64,000 nucleotides of DNA from Candidatus Yanofskybacteria bacterium RIFCSPHIGHO2_01_FULL_44_17 (GTDB lineage: Bacteria; Patescibacteriota; Minisyncoccia; 2-02-FULL-40-12; IGHO2-01-FULL-4-A), in assembly GCA_001794195.1 (NCBI GenBank), contig MGJI01000006.1, forward strand, positions 2,650 to 66,649. The letters are read 5' to 3'. A program made the translations under genes and the position numbers. The notes under the pieces were generated by a model that did no database searches, had not been told where the DNA came from, and worked only from the letters and a program-made list of their open reading frames with translations. Each line of letters opens with the position of its first letter. Position 1 is the first letter of the stretch. Shown here one piece after another: positions 37,156 through 46,799 of the stretch.

Positions 37156-38198
37156 TCATACCACTTTTTTAGTCTAACAAGTCCGGTCTCAAGATTAATT
37201 TTGGGTTTGTAGCCAAGCTTTGATATTTTTTTTATTGAGGGCGTTGTTTTTTGCGGCGTTCCTTTAAGGTGAGGTATGTTTTTGTCGTAAGCCCTCCGTA
37301 CTTTAGTTTTTTTAGCAGACATTTTTACGAATAGTTTTGCCAAGCTAAGTATGCTGATTTCTTTATCGGATCCTATATTGTAGGCTTCGCCAGTCTTGCC
37401 TATAAGTAATATCCGCCACATACCTTCGATGGCATCAGAAACATAAGCAAAAGTTCGTATAGAAGTACCAGCATTTATGATTTGGAGATTTTGCCCTGTG
37501 AATATTCTTTTCATAAATTCTGGAATAATACGTCCGTCATCCAGCGGTAGGCGAGGGCCATAAATGTGGAAAAGACGTGCTATTTTTACTGGAACGTCGT
37601 AGATTTTATTGTAATAGTAACATAGGGTCTCAGCCATTCTTTTTGATTCTTGCAGTGCTGCTCTGGGACCGAGAGTATTGACGTTGCCCAGGTAATCTTC
37701 AGTTATGGGTATGTGTTTTTGATCTGGATCACCATATGTTTCGCCTGTGCTGACAAATAGAAAGCCTCTTACTTTATTTTTTGCCGCATATTCCAGTAAT
37801 GATTTGGTGCCGAGGATATTAGCGTAAATCGTATCAAGCGGATTAGCAGTGTAATCTCTGGGCGAGGCTTTGGATGCGGCATGTATTACGAAATCTATAC
37901 CGCTAGGCAGTTTTAGAGGCTTGGTAACATCCTGGGTTATAAATTTGACGTATCGGTTTTTGAGGCAGTGGCCGAGTCGGTCTCTCGGGCTTACTTTTCT
38001 GCGGGTCAACAGCAGCAGGCGAGCCGGCCTTTTGATCAGTAGGGTTTCGTTTAGGGCAAGGACTGTATCCGCAAAATATGAGGGGACAAAGCCGTTGGCC
38101 CCAGTAATTAAAATAGTTTTACCGGCAAGTTGTTCAAAGTGTTTACCAACGGCTTTGATTATTCTGGTCAGATCTTCTTTTATAATAGAATCGATCAT
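37140..38198 (-). CDS. NAD-dependent epimerase/dehydratase (UDP-glucuronate decarboxylase-like)
   Basis: ITGANGFV, HAASKASP, STGETYGDP, GPRAALQESKR (usual Tyr not evident); start 38198. Confidence 0.88.
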   Translation of the reverse strand: MIDSIIKEDLTRIIKAVGKHFEQLAGKTILITGANGFVPSYFADTVLALNETLLIKRPARLLLLTRRKVSPRDRLGHCLKNRYVKFITQDVTKPLKLPSGIDFVIHAASKASPRDYTANPLDTIYANILGTKSLLEYAAKNKVRGFLFVSTGETYGDPDQKHIPITEDYLGNVNTLGPRAALQESKRMAETLCYYYNKIYDVPVKIARLFHIYGPRLPLDDGRIIPEFMKRIFTGQNLQIINAGTSIRTFAYVSDAIEGMWRILLIGKTGEAYNIGSDKEISILSLAKLFVKMSAKKTKVRRAYDKNIPHLKGTPQKTTPSIKKISKLGYKPKINLETGLVRLKKWYESRTK

Positions 38199-38202
38199 TA
38201 TT

Positions 38203-39162
38203 TTATTCACCCAGCTTATCTCTGTGCTTACTCGGATCATTGATTATTTCTCGGATAACGTATTTGGGCCGTTGTTTGGCTTCTATGAATATGCGTCCGA
38301 CGTATTCGGCTATTACTGCTAAAATCAAAAACTGAATTGAAGCCAGAATCATTGGAATTATCAAAAGCGTTAGGAACCCTTTGGGCGCCGAATAAAATAT
38401 GGCCAGCACTATGTAAGCGGCTATTGCCATCAATGTAAGGCAAGTCATTACTATTGCCAACATGGTTATAAGTTCGATGGGGAAGTGAGAAAATGAAAAA
38501 ATGCCTCTTTTTGCCTCACGAATATAAATTGCGAGTCCGCTTGCCGACTGGCCTGAAAAACGCTGATCCCGATCGTACGGAATACCGACGCTTTTGAATC
38601 CAGCCCATGCCCGAAGGCCCCTTAGGAAGCGATCAGTTTCCGGTAGACTGTTGAGAACGTCAATTACCTTCCTGTCCATTAAGCCGTAGTTGCCAGAATC
38701 AAGGGGTATGTTGATATAAGACATTTTTTTCAGAATTCGGTAGTAGGCCTTGTAGCCGATTCTTTTTAGTAAACCCTCTTTCCTTTTTTTTCTGACGCCG
38801 TAGACCACCTCATAACCTTCAAGCCACTTTTTTACGAATTCTGGAAATAATTCTGGCGGATCCTGAATGTCGCCATCAAGAAGTATGGCTGCATCTCCGG
38901 TGCACACTGCCAGTCCGGAGGTATATGAAATGTCTGCTCCAAAATTTCGGGCATGGTCAACCACCACAAACCTAGAGTCGCGGGTCGCCTTTTCTCGGAG
39001 AACTTCAATCGCATTATCTGGACTGGAATCGTTTACATAGATAATTTCGTAGTTAGGCGTTATCTGTGCCATTACAGCTGTAACTCGACGGTACATATCG
39101 TCTACCGAACCGGCATCATTATAGCAAGCGACAATTACGGAGATTTTTTTATTAGTCAACAT
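38203..39162 (-). CDS. GT2 polyprenyl-phosphate glycosyltransferase (GtrB/ArnC-like)
   Basis: VNDSSPD, RNFG, DGDIQDPPE, FLRGLRAWAGF, two C-terminal TMs, EAKQRPKY. Confidence 0.92.
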   Translation of the reverse strand: MLTNKKISVIVACYNDAGSVDDMYRRVTAVMAQITPNYEIIYVNDSSPDNAIEVLREKATRDSRFVVVDHARNFGADISYTSGLAVCTGDAAILLDGDIQDPPELFPEFVKKWLEGYEVVYGVRKKRKEGLLKRIGYKAYYRILKKMSYINIPLDSGNYGLMDRKVIDVLNSLPETDRFLRGLRAWAGFKSVGIPYDRDQRFSGQSASGLAIYIREAKRGIFSFSHFPIELITMLAIVMTCLTLMAIAAYIVLAIFYSAPKGFLTLLIIPMILASIQFLILAVIAEYVGRIFIEAKQRPKYVIREIINDPSKHRDKLGE

Positions 39163-39265
39163 AAGCCAGACTTTAGCAAATAAAAACGCCGGTTTATAGT
39201 TGACAAGCATTTTTTATTATGCTTATTATATCTAGGCAGTAGATCTTTGAATTCGGGGCGCGATA

Positions 39266-39805
39266 ATGTTGACGAATCTGGAAGAGCAACAGATGATCGA
39301 TTTGGCCAAAAAAATGGGCAGTCAATGGACGCCCGGACTTTACAACGCTTTGGCTCCTAAATTTGCTTTAACCGCGATCGAAACAGTATTTTTGAGAATG
39401 AAAGAGGATGGTTCTGCGGAGGTAGAGGTTTTATTGGCTAGGCGTCTGCACAGCGACGCTCATTATCCGAATCAATGGCACTCTCCGGGCACGATGTTGC
39501 GAGCCGTTGATGTTCCAGAAGAGACTGAGATGTATCTCGGGATTCCTGAGTTAAATGGTTTCAGAAAGGCCCTAGATAGATTAGTAAATAGCGAGCTCGG
39601 ATTAAGATTTAAAGGAGAACCCCGGCAGGTTAAATCAATTCTGCATTTTACACCCCGTGGCCCGGAGGTAGCTCTGATTTTTCTTTGCGAACTTGATGGC
39701 GAACCTAAGTTTGGGGAGTTTTTCAGTGTTAATCAATTGCCTAGTGATCTCATAGAGCATCACTATCGGATTATCAAGGTTGCGGTAGATAATTTCAAGG
39801 AATAG
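39266..39805 (+). CDS. Nudix-fold-like protein with degenerate Nudix box
   Basis: EVLLARR, QWHSPGTMLR, ALDRLVNSELG; own TTGACA promoter at 39200. Confidence 0.55.
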   Translation: MLTNLEEQQMIDLAKKMGSQWTPGLYNALAPKFALTAIETVFLRMKEDGSAEVEVLLARRLHSDAHYPNQWHSPGTMLRAVDVPEETEMYLGIPELNGFRKALDRLVNSELGLRFKGEPRQVKSILHFTPRGPEVALIFLCELDGEPKFGEFFSVNQLPSDLIEHHYRIIKVAVDNFKE

Positions 39806-39866
39806 TTTTTCTTGTGTACCTCTTAGCTGTCTTTCTAAAAACTAGGCATCACTTATGTGGTGCCGT

Positions 39867-41693
39867 TTAATTTATTTCTGACGATTTTTTCTTGCCATCA
39901 TCGTCAAGCGGAGCTACCACCATGTTGGCATGAAATTCTTCTCGCGGCAGGAGGGGAATCATGTCTTCGATGGGCTTGCTTATGTATCGGCCATCGGGAG
40001 TTTTGACTGCTACCAGTTTCGGGATCAGTTTTTGTGATTCGTCTAAAATAACATCGCACACGACCGGGCCGGTGGCATTCAGAACTTTTTTAATTTTGGC
40101 TGCCAACTCGCCATGGTTTCTGATGGTTTCTGTTTTAATACCATAAGCCTTGGCGATTTTGAGAAAATTTGGCGCGGAATAGCCGGTTTCTTTTGCTGTG
40201 GCTTCGTACCTGGCGCCGAAGTAAACCTCTTGAAACTGTTTAATTATGCCGTAGGAGCGATTGTTCATTATAAAAATTTTAATAGGCAGCTTATTGTGTT
40301 TTATGGTTTGGAGTTCTTGTATATTCAACTGGAAGCCGCCATCTCCGTCTAAACAGATTATCGGGCACTTTCTATTGGCAAATGCGGCACCGATTGATGC
40401 CGGCAGGGAGTAACCCATTGGGGAGTTACCAAAAGCAGAAAATAATTGTTGGCCTCTTTTAATTCCGAACGCCTGTATCGTCCAGGTAAGATTCCCGCCC
40501 TGATCGGCGACCACAATGGCTTTGCTTGGTAGTTTTTCAGAGAGAGCCTTAACAAATACATAGGAGTTAACTGATCCTTTTTGTTCATGATATTCGGGCA
40601 GGACCGTTGGATATTTTTGTTTCCAAGCGTGACAACGTTTGAGCCAGTCTTTGTTGTATTGAATCTTTTTTGAAACAAGCGAACTGTTTATTTCGCTCAG
40701 AAAATCCTTAACATCGGCATGAACCGGAATATCGGCCACGACCCACTGTTTATCAAGCTCTGCCTTATCAATGTCCACTGTAATTTTGAATGCTTCTCTG
40801 GCAAAGGTTTTGGGTTGGCCGCCAGTTTGGCGAGTATCCAAACGTGATCCTAGGCTAATAAGGAGATCTGAATTTTGAACTGTAAAATTAGCCGCTCTGT
40901 TGCCGTAAACTCCGAACTGGCCGATGTATAGCGGATGATTGTGGGGTAATATATCTATTCCGCTCCAAGTTGAGACGACGGGCGCCCCTAGTTTTTTTAT
41001 AAAAGTTGCGAACTCTTTTTTGGCTTTGCCAAGTTTTATGCCCGCGCCGGCAATTATTACCGGTCTCGTAGCTTTTCCTATTGCTGAAATTACCTTTTTG
41101 ATTGTAGCCGAAGAAATTGTCTTAACGGGCTCCTTCAATTCGGACGGTTGGAAGCCTTTTAATTTTTTCGGATCTATTTCGGCGTGCTGGACGTTCATGG
41201 GAATATCTAGCCAAACGGGTCCAGGTCTACCAGATTTTGCCAGATAGAATGCTTTGTCCAGATAGTATTTTATTTGTTCTGGATCTTTGATTATAGCAGC
41301 AAATTTGGTTATCGGTTTGACGATTTCTATGATGTCGGTTTCCTGAAAACCAAGTTGGCGTATTTTGCGTTCACCCTTAGTTTCCCACAGATTAACTTGG
41401 CCGGTAATAAGTAACATCGGTATGGAGTCAAAATAACCGCAACAAACTCCGGTAATCAGATTTGTTGCTCCCGGACCGGAGGTGGCGACGGCGACACCTA
41501 TGTTTTGAGTGACTCTGGAATAAGCTTCGGCGGCCATGGCCGCTGCTTGTTCGTGTTGCATGCAGACGTAAGATATTTTTTTGTTTTTCCCCAAGGAATC
41601 AACTATGTGGGCGCAGGCCCCGCCCGTGATTAAAAAGACGTCTTTAACGCCACGGTCAACGAGATATTGAGCTAGGTAATCTGTTAGTTTCAT
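39867..41693 (-). CDS. ThDP-dependent acetolactate-synthase-like enzyme (YerE-like by context)
   Basis: HEQAAAMAAEAY, TSGPGATN, GFQE, GDGG...NN. Confidence 0.9.
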   Translation of the reverse strand: MKLTDYLAQYLVDRGVKDVFLITGGACAHIVDSLGKNKKISYVCMQHEQAAAMAAEAYSRVTQNIGVAVATSGPGATNLITGVCCGYFDSIPMLLITGQVNLWETKGERKIRQLGFQETDIIEIVKPITKFAAIIKDPEQIKYYLDKAFYLAKSGRPGPVWLDIPMNVQHAEIDPKKLKGFQPSELKEPVKTISSATIKKVISAIGKATRPVIIAGAGIKLGKAKKEFATFIKKLGAPVVSTWSGIDILPHNHPLYIGQFGVYGNRAANFTVQNSDLLISLGSRLDTRQTGGQPKTFAREAFKITVDIDKAELDKQWVVADIPVHADVKDFLSEINSSLVSKKIQYNKDWLKRCHAWKQKYPTVLPEYHEQKGSVNSYVFVKALSEKLPSKAIVVADQGGNLTWTIQAFGIKRGQQLFSAFGNSPMGYSLPASIGAAFANRKCPIICLDGDGGFQLNIQELQTIKHNKLPIKIFIMNNRSYGIIKQFQEVYFGARYEATAKETGYSAPNFLKIAKAYGIKTETIRNHGELAAKIKKVLNATGPVVCDVILDESQKLIPKLVAVKTPDGRYISKPIEDMIPLLPREEFHANMVVAPLDDDGKKKSSEIN

Positions 41694-41698
41694 AGTGA

Positions 41699-41861
41699 TG
41701 AGTCTGTTGAATAATGCCTTCTATCACCACTTGCAACCCCAGCGAGGCTGCTGCATTTCGTCAAAAGCGTGGATTCTGCTCGCAGTTAGTAAATTATACT
41801 GCTCGCAAACCGTGCAACCCACTCTTTTGACGATGCTATAAGGCATTATTCAACAGGCTCA
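41699..41861. repeat. Structured intergenic palindromic element, copy 3 of 3
   Basis: TIR tgagtctgttgaataatgcctt / aaggcattattcaacaggctca. Confidence 0.92.
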
Positions 41862-41862
41862 G

Positions 41863-43101
41863 CTAGGCTGATCTAACTTGAGGTTGCTCCACGTTTTTAA
41901 TATATTCTGAGAAAATCTTTTCCATGTAATTAATCATTCCATCGGTCATTCCGTGATGGCAACCGATGAGGAAGCCGTGTTTCATTATGTAATCCGCGTT
42001 TGAAAGTTCTGCATGAATTCTGCAATCAATGTTCATATATGCCGGATGGCGCAAAATGTTGCCGGCAAATATCGTTCTAGTTTGGATTTTATTTTCCTCA
42101 AGGTAGGTCAGTAATTCTTTGCGTACAATAGGTGATTCTGGCTTAATCGTCAATGGAAAGGCCAGGAAGTATGCTTCGGCTTGTTTGTGGACATTGGGCA
42201 GGAAGAAATGACGCTCATATTTGCTGAAAAAATTACAGAGCCTTTTAAAGTTGTGGGTTCTTGTGGCGTTAAATTTGGGCAATTTTTTCAGTTGCTCAAG
42301 ACCGAACGCGGCCTGGATCTCAACGGCCTTGAAATTAAAAGTCTGTCTGACATAGGTAAACTTACCATCAAAGTCGACATCTCCGACTTGTGATGCGAAC
42401 CTTGCTTCAATGTTGGTGTCGTGAGTGCCAGGTAGTTTGCGGCCCCAGTCGTTGAGCATACGGGCTTCTTCAATTAAGGCCGGATCGTTAACCATGACCA
42501 TGCCGCCTCCCCCGGCTGCCGTAATATTGTGAGCGGCGTAGAAACTGGTGGTGGTAATGTCGGAGTATTTGCCGGTTGGTTGTCCTTTGAAGCGGCAGCC
42601 TATGGTATCACAGGCATCTTCTATAAAAATAAGATTATTTTTTTTGCAGATTCTGCTCAAGCTGGCCATGTCATTAACGTTACCGATAGCGTGAGAAATG
42701 AATATAGCTTTAGTTTTTTTAGAAATGGCTTTTTGCACTCCCGCTATATCAATATTATAAGTGCCGATATTCGAGTCAACAAAAACAGGGGTTAGACCTT
42801 TTTGGACTATTGGGGCCAGTGTTGCAGGGAATGTGCAGGCCTGGGTTATCACTTCAGAACTGGGCGGCAGGTTGGCCAATTCCATTGCCAGTACATTCGC
42901 AGAAGTGCCCGAATTAACAAACAGGCCATATTTTTTACCGAATAAATTAGAAACTTTATTCTCAAATTCCTGTGTGTATTTGCCTGCTCCAAGCCAACCT
43001 TCTTCTAGGGCTTTTTGTACAGCTTTTATTTCTTGCTTGCCGAAAATTGCTTTAGTATAAAAAACCCTGTCTACGCCAGGCTTGAATCTTTTTGAATTCA
43101 T
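41863..43101 (-). CDS. DegT/DnrJ-family PLP enzyme, RfbH/ColD-type sugar 3-dehydratase
   Basis: VNSGTSAN, EDACDT, TSFYAAHNIT (His at the Schiff-base Lys position), FAGNILRHPAY. Confidence 0.85.
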   Translation of the reverse strand: MNSKRFKPGVDRVFYTKAIFGKQEIKAVQKALEEGWLGAGKYTQEFENKVSNLFGKKYGLFVNSGTSANVLAMELANLPPSSEVITQACTFPATLAPIVQKGLTPVFVDSNIGTYNIDIAGVQKAISKKTKAIFISHAIGNVNDMASLSRICKKNNLIFIEDACDTIGCRFKGQPTGKYSDITTTSFYAAHNITAAGGGGMVMVNDPALIEEARMLNDWGRKLPGTHDTNIEARFASQVGDVDFDGKFTYVRQTFNFKAVEIQAAFGLEQLKKLPKFNATRTHNFKRLCNFFSKYERHFFLPNVHKQAEAYFLAFPLTIKPESPIVRKELLTYLEENKIQTRTIFAGNILRHPAYMNIDCRIHAELSNADYIMKHGFLIGCHHGMTDGMINYMEKIFSEYIKNVEQPQVRSA

Positions 43102-43174
43102 AAAATCGTTTTTAAATTAACATACTAGCCCAAAGGCCGTAAATCTTGACATTGCCCCAATATCTATTTGTGGC

Positions 43175-44827
43175 CTATCTTTTTAGTTTAATTCTTTTGT
43201 AGATAATAACTTCCTGGTCAGGGGCATATTCCTCTTTTATTATTTCCACGGCTTTAAAATTATTTTTTACATACTCTTCTATGTAAAGATAGACAGCATT
43301 GCTGTTAGTTTCTTTGATCCAATCAAGGTTTGGATAGTCTGGCAGTTTGTATGCTATGTCAACTTTATTAATTTTTTCGCTAAGCGATTTTAAATGTTCT
43401 TCTCCATAGATTTTTGATGGAGAAAAAAGATAAACGTCGGTCAAGTAACCGCCAAACGGTTTATAGCCGGCTAGACGGGCGACAACTGGGTACGCACCCA
43501 ACACCAATACAGGATTTTCCTTTGTGAGGCCGGCGTTTATCAGGCCTTGTGCTATTTTCTCTGGGAGTTTAGCCGCCGATTTATGGTTGTAAGATTTTTG
43601 CATTATCACTCTTTCTTCTCTGGTAAAGCGATAAAGATTTGGCAGTATAAATATAATCAAAAAAAACAAATAAGCAGGAGTACGTTTATACTTTTTAAAA
43701 TTAAAATTAGCGATTAAAAATGCCAGGACCAGGGCGTACAAAGTAAAAAACGGTGCTTGATGATTAGTACCGCCAAAGCCAGTGGTCATCGTCGTGGTGA
43801 TACTCAAGATAAATGAAGCGATAATTAGCTCAATAGCTAGCCTATTCTCATCGTATATTTTTTTTAACGACATTTTCAGTCCGAGACCCGAGGCTACAAA
43901 GTTTTTATAGAAATAGGGGATAGCCAAAACATAAATGAGCCAAAAAAGCGGCAAATAAACATATCTTAATTCTGCCAATCCAGTATGGAAGGTGGCGACT
44001 ATTTTTCTTGCGATGCCAAGGATCGGATGGGAGCTAAGATAAAGCAGCTTGGGTATTTCAAAAAGCCAAATGCGAGCTTGATTTAATAAGTCATGGCCCG
44101 GCATGTAAAAAAGTTTTAACAGTACGATGGCAGCAACCACGGAGCCAACGAAGAACGGTAGTGCCAGTTTCAGCGCCAACCTACCCGCGTGGCCAAAACC
44201 ATTTTTATAAACATTGAATAATAAATATCCCAGAATTAAAATCGGCGGCAAGACGTGTACTTGGCGGCCGACAAATACCAATCCGAACAAAATACCTGAC
44301 AAAATCAATGCGGTGCCATGCCTTTGTATCGAGTAGTTGCCATGCCGCTCTGACCAAGCTGTTTTTAGCAGAATAAAAACGCTTATTAGCTCCAGCGTGT
44401 GATAAAAAAGTGGTACCTCCATTTCGCGGCCGGGATCAAATTGTCTGGATGATATGGATAAAAAAGTTATTATTGCCACTAGCGCCGACTTCTTGGGCGA
44501 CTTGCTTATAAAGAGCGATAAAAAATAAATGGTTAATGTGTAAAGAGAATATAAAAAAACCGACGCCAAATAGCGATTAGCAAAATCGCTTAAGCCTAGT
44601 TTGTACACAATTGAAAATAAAAGTGGGAAAACCGGAACTCTGTAGTCAAAAAAATCAACGAGGAATTTGTGGCCGCTGGATAAGAGGTACGATATGTCCA
44701 AATAAAAAGAGACGTCCCCGCCTATTATTGAGAATTTGTCAAAATAAAACACGCCTGCTATCAGGGCTATGATAATCAATAAAAAGAAACTATTTCTTGA
44801 GTAGTGATGCAAAAAAGACATAGGCAC
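43175..44827 (-). CDS. GT-C-like multi-pass membrane glycosyltransferase
   Basis: GDVSFY, DFFDYRVP after TM1; many TM helices; exact start uncertain. Confidence 0.7.
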   Translation of the reverse strand: MPMSFLHHYSRNSFFLLIIIALIAGVFYFDKFSIIGGDVSFYLDISYLLSSGHKFLVDFFDYRVPVFPLLFSIVYKLGLSDFANRYLASVFLYSLYTLTIYFLSLFISKSPKKSALVAIITFLSISSRQFDPGREMEVPLFYHTLELISVFILLKTAWSERHGNYSIQRHGTALILSGILFGLVFVGRQVHVLPPILILGYLLFNVYKNGFGHAGRLALKLALPFFVGSVVAAIVLLKLFYMPGHDLLNQARIWLFEIPKLLYLSSHPILGIARKIVATFHTGLAELRYVYLPLFWLIYVLAIPYFYKNFVASGLGLKMSLKKIYDENRLAIELIIASFILSITTTMTTGFGGTNHQAPFFTLYALVLAFLIANFNFKKYKRTPAYLFFLIIFILPNLYRFTREERVIMQKSYNHKSAAKLPEKIAQGLINAGLTKENPVLVLGAYPVVARLAGYKPFGGYLTDVYLFSPSKIYGEEHLKSLSEKINKVDIAYKLPDYPNLDWIKETNSNAVYLYIEEYVKNNFKAVEIIKEEYAPDQEVIIYKRIKLKR

Positions 44828-45542
44828 TGTCGGGTAGCAGGCTAGTTAGTCGCATGAATGCGGTTGATATAAAAGGGAAGAAATATGAACCAGATCTTTT
44901 CTCAAAAACTGAAACTATAAAACGCGCTGCGTCTTCTGGCGACGATACCAAAGAAATTTTTTTGCCCCACCACATGTCGGTGGCGATGGGTCCGAAATGA
45001 ACAGTTGAAAACCTGATGCCGGTTTGGATGAAACTGACTCTTAATCCCCGGAATGCCATGCTTAGAGCTGCTTTTGTGGCAGCATAAGATACGGTGCCTT
45101 TGTGTGGGCGATAGGCTGCCGTAGAGGAAATACCCACAAATAGTCCGCCCTGCTTTTTCAGAAAATCAGGTAAAAACTCAGAAATCCAAAATAATGGTCC
45201 GTCCAAGTTGGTTTTTACGGTTAAGTGAGCTTCGTTGAAAAGCAGGCCATTATTTACATCCCTTTGATGTACTGCCGCATTAAGTACGACAACATCAGGA
45301 ATGAAATTTGCCTCGCGCATCAGCTTGGCCGTATTGCGCATTTCTTCGATATCGGAAAGATCACAGGCGGAAATTGTAAGTTTGGGCCCGAGTTCCTGTT
45401 TCAGTTTTTCCAACAAATCTTTTCGGCGCGCCAACCCCCAAACTTCGTAGCCTGACTTTACCAGTTGGGTGGCAAGGACCCGGCCGATACCCGCAGAAAT
45501 TCCCGTAATAAAAATCTTTTTGTTGGTGCCTTCTATTTCCAT
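44790..45542 (-). CDS. Short-chain dehydrogenase/reductase
   Basis: ITGISAGIG, LNAA, YAATK. Confidence 0.92.
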   Translation of the reverse strand: MEIEGTNKKIFITGISAGIGRVLATQLVKSGYEVWGLARRKDLLEKLKQELGPKLTISACDLSDIEEMRNTAKLMREANFIPDVVVLNAAVHQRDVNNGLLFNEAHLTVKTNLDGPLFWISEFLPDFLKKQGGLFVGISSTAAYRPHKGTVSYAATKAALSMAFRGLRVSFIQTGIRFSTVHFGPIATDMWWGKKISLVSSPEDAARFIVSVFEKRSGSYFFPFISTAFMRLTSLLPDSAYVFFASLLKK

Positions 45543-46789
45543 TAAATTATTTTAACCTCAGGTAACGGAATAATAAACTTAGTCCCGGATTTAATAAGAT
45601 CTTTTTCGCGCTCCATGAATCCGCCGATGAAGCTATAGGGCAGAGCAAGCAAATAGTCAGGTTTTGCGGAGCGCATTGCCGCCTCGTCTTTTATTGGAAT
45701 GTCAGCGCCGATTATATATTTATCAAATTTAAAAGAATTGGAATCAGCGGCCGCTTCAATCAGATCATTGCCTATTCCGCAGTACTGAAGAATTGTATTG
45801 CCTTTGGTGGAGGCGCCGTAAATCCACACTTTCTTTTCTTGTGATTTCAACCTTTTGCATAGTGTTAACAGGTCATCGCGAGTTTTTTCTATGCGTTTGG
45901 TAAAATTTGTGTAAGTCGTTGGATTGTAGATTCCTATTTTTTCTTCATTTTTTAGTTCCTGACGATAGCGGGCGGTTTGGGGATATTTGTGGTTGCCTTT
46001 CTTTTTCACGAACAATCGGAAACTGCCCCCGTAAACGTCGTTTAAGGTTACGTCGAATATTTCCAGGCCCACCTTTTCCATAATCCACCTCACGTGGTCC
46101 GTGCCATAATATCCGACATGCTCGTGAACAATATTGTCGTACATGTTTGTCTTGATCATGGCCGGCAGGTGAGCCATCTGAATTACCCAAATGCCGTCTT
46201 CGGCCAAGCAGGAGGCGACATCTTTTGAAAATTGAACTGGATCTGATAGGTGATAAAACATCGCGATGCTTAAGACGAGCTTAGCCTTTTTGTCTGTCGC
46301 TGATTTATAAGTGCGCTCATTAAAAAAATCATTTACCGTTTTAAATCTGTCTGAGCTAAAAACAGGTTTTATATTTTTGGCGGCGTCAATGCACAAGAGG
46401 TCGCACGTCGTGTCTTTCAAATAAGACAAGAGGGTACCATCGTTCCCACCGATATCAAGCACTAGGTCGTTATCTTTTAAGCTGACATATTCGAGGGCGC
46501 TATCAAGAACATTTTTTAGAATTTTGGGCATTGAGGAATTCGTTGAGCTGGTGAACGGATACTCCTCATACATTTTTGACATATCCAAGGAGTGGCCCAG
46601 CTGTAAAACGCCGCAGGTGTCTGCTTTTTTTTCACACAGAACCAAATCTAAGGGATGTTTCCTTAAGTTTTGGCGGTAATTAAGATCCCGCGGAAAAATA
46701 GAGGACAAGTATTGTTCTCCCAGATCAATGCAGGGGATTAAAGAAGTATTGTCGCAGAAGCGACATTTGGTTATTTTTACACTGTGCAT
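45542..46789 (-). CDS. NDP-hexose C-methyltransferase family (Zn-binding N-terminus)
   Basis: CRFC, LDIGGNDGTLL, YDNIVHEH, YGGSFR, YGASTKGNT. Confidence 0.9.
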   Translation of the reverse strand: MHSVKITKCRFCDNTSLIPCIDLGEQYLSSIFPRDLNYRQNLRKHPLDLVLCEKKADTCGVLQLGHSLDMSKMYEEYPFTSSTNSSMPKILKNVLDSALEYVSLKDNDLVLDIGGNDGTLLSYLKDTTCDLLCIDAAKNIKPVFSSDRFKTVNDFFNERTYKSATDKKAKLVLSIAMFYHLSDPVQFSKDVASCLAEDGIWVIQMAHLPAMIKTNMYDNIVHEHVGYYGTDHVRWIMEKVGLEIFDVTLNDVYGGSFRLFVKKKGNHKYPQTARYRQELKNEEKIGIYNPTTYTNFTKRIEKTRDDLLTLCKRLKSQEKKVWIYGASTKGNTILQYCGIGNDLIEAAADSNSFKFDKYIIGADIPIKDEAAMRSAKPDYLLALPYSFIGGFMEREKDLIKSGTKFIIPLPEVKII

Positions 46790-46799
46790 ATTATCGTAA

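Noticed and set aside
41776-41810. GCTCGCA in the structured element matches the 3' end of the putative DGR variable region (gctcgcaag, about 10420-10428)
   Set aside because: Only 7-8 nt match and there is no AAC-rich alignable template; most likely chance.
594-41861. Repeats as a CRISPR array or integron attC sites
   Set aside because: The copies are dispersed, there is no repeat-spacer periodicity or cas gene, no integron integrase, and no RYYYAAC/GTTRRRY ends.
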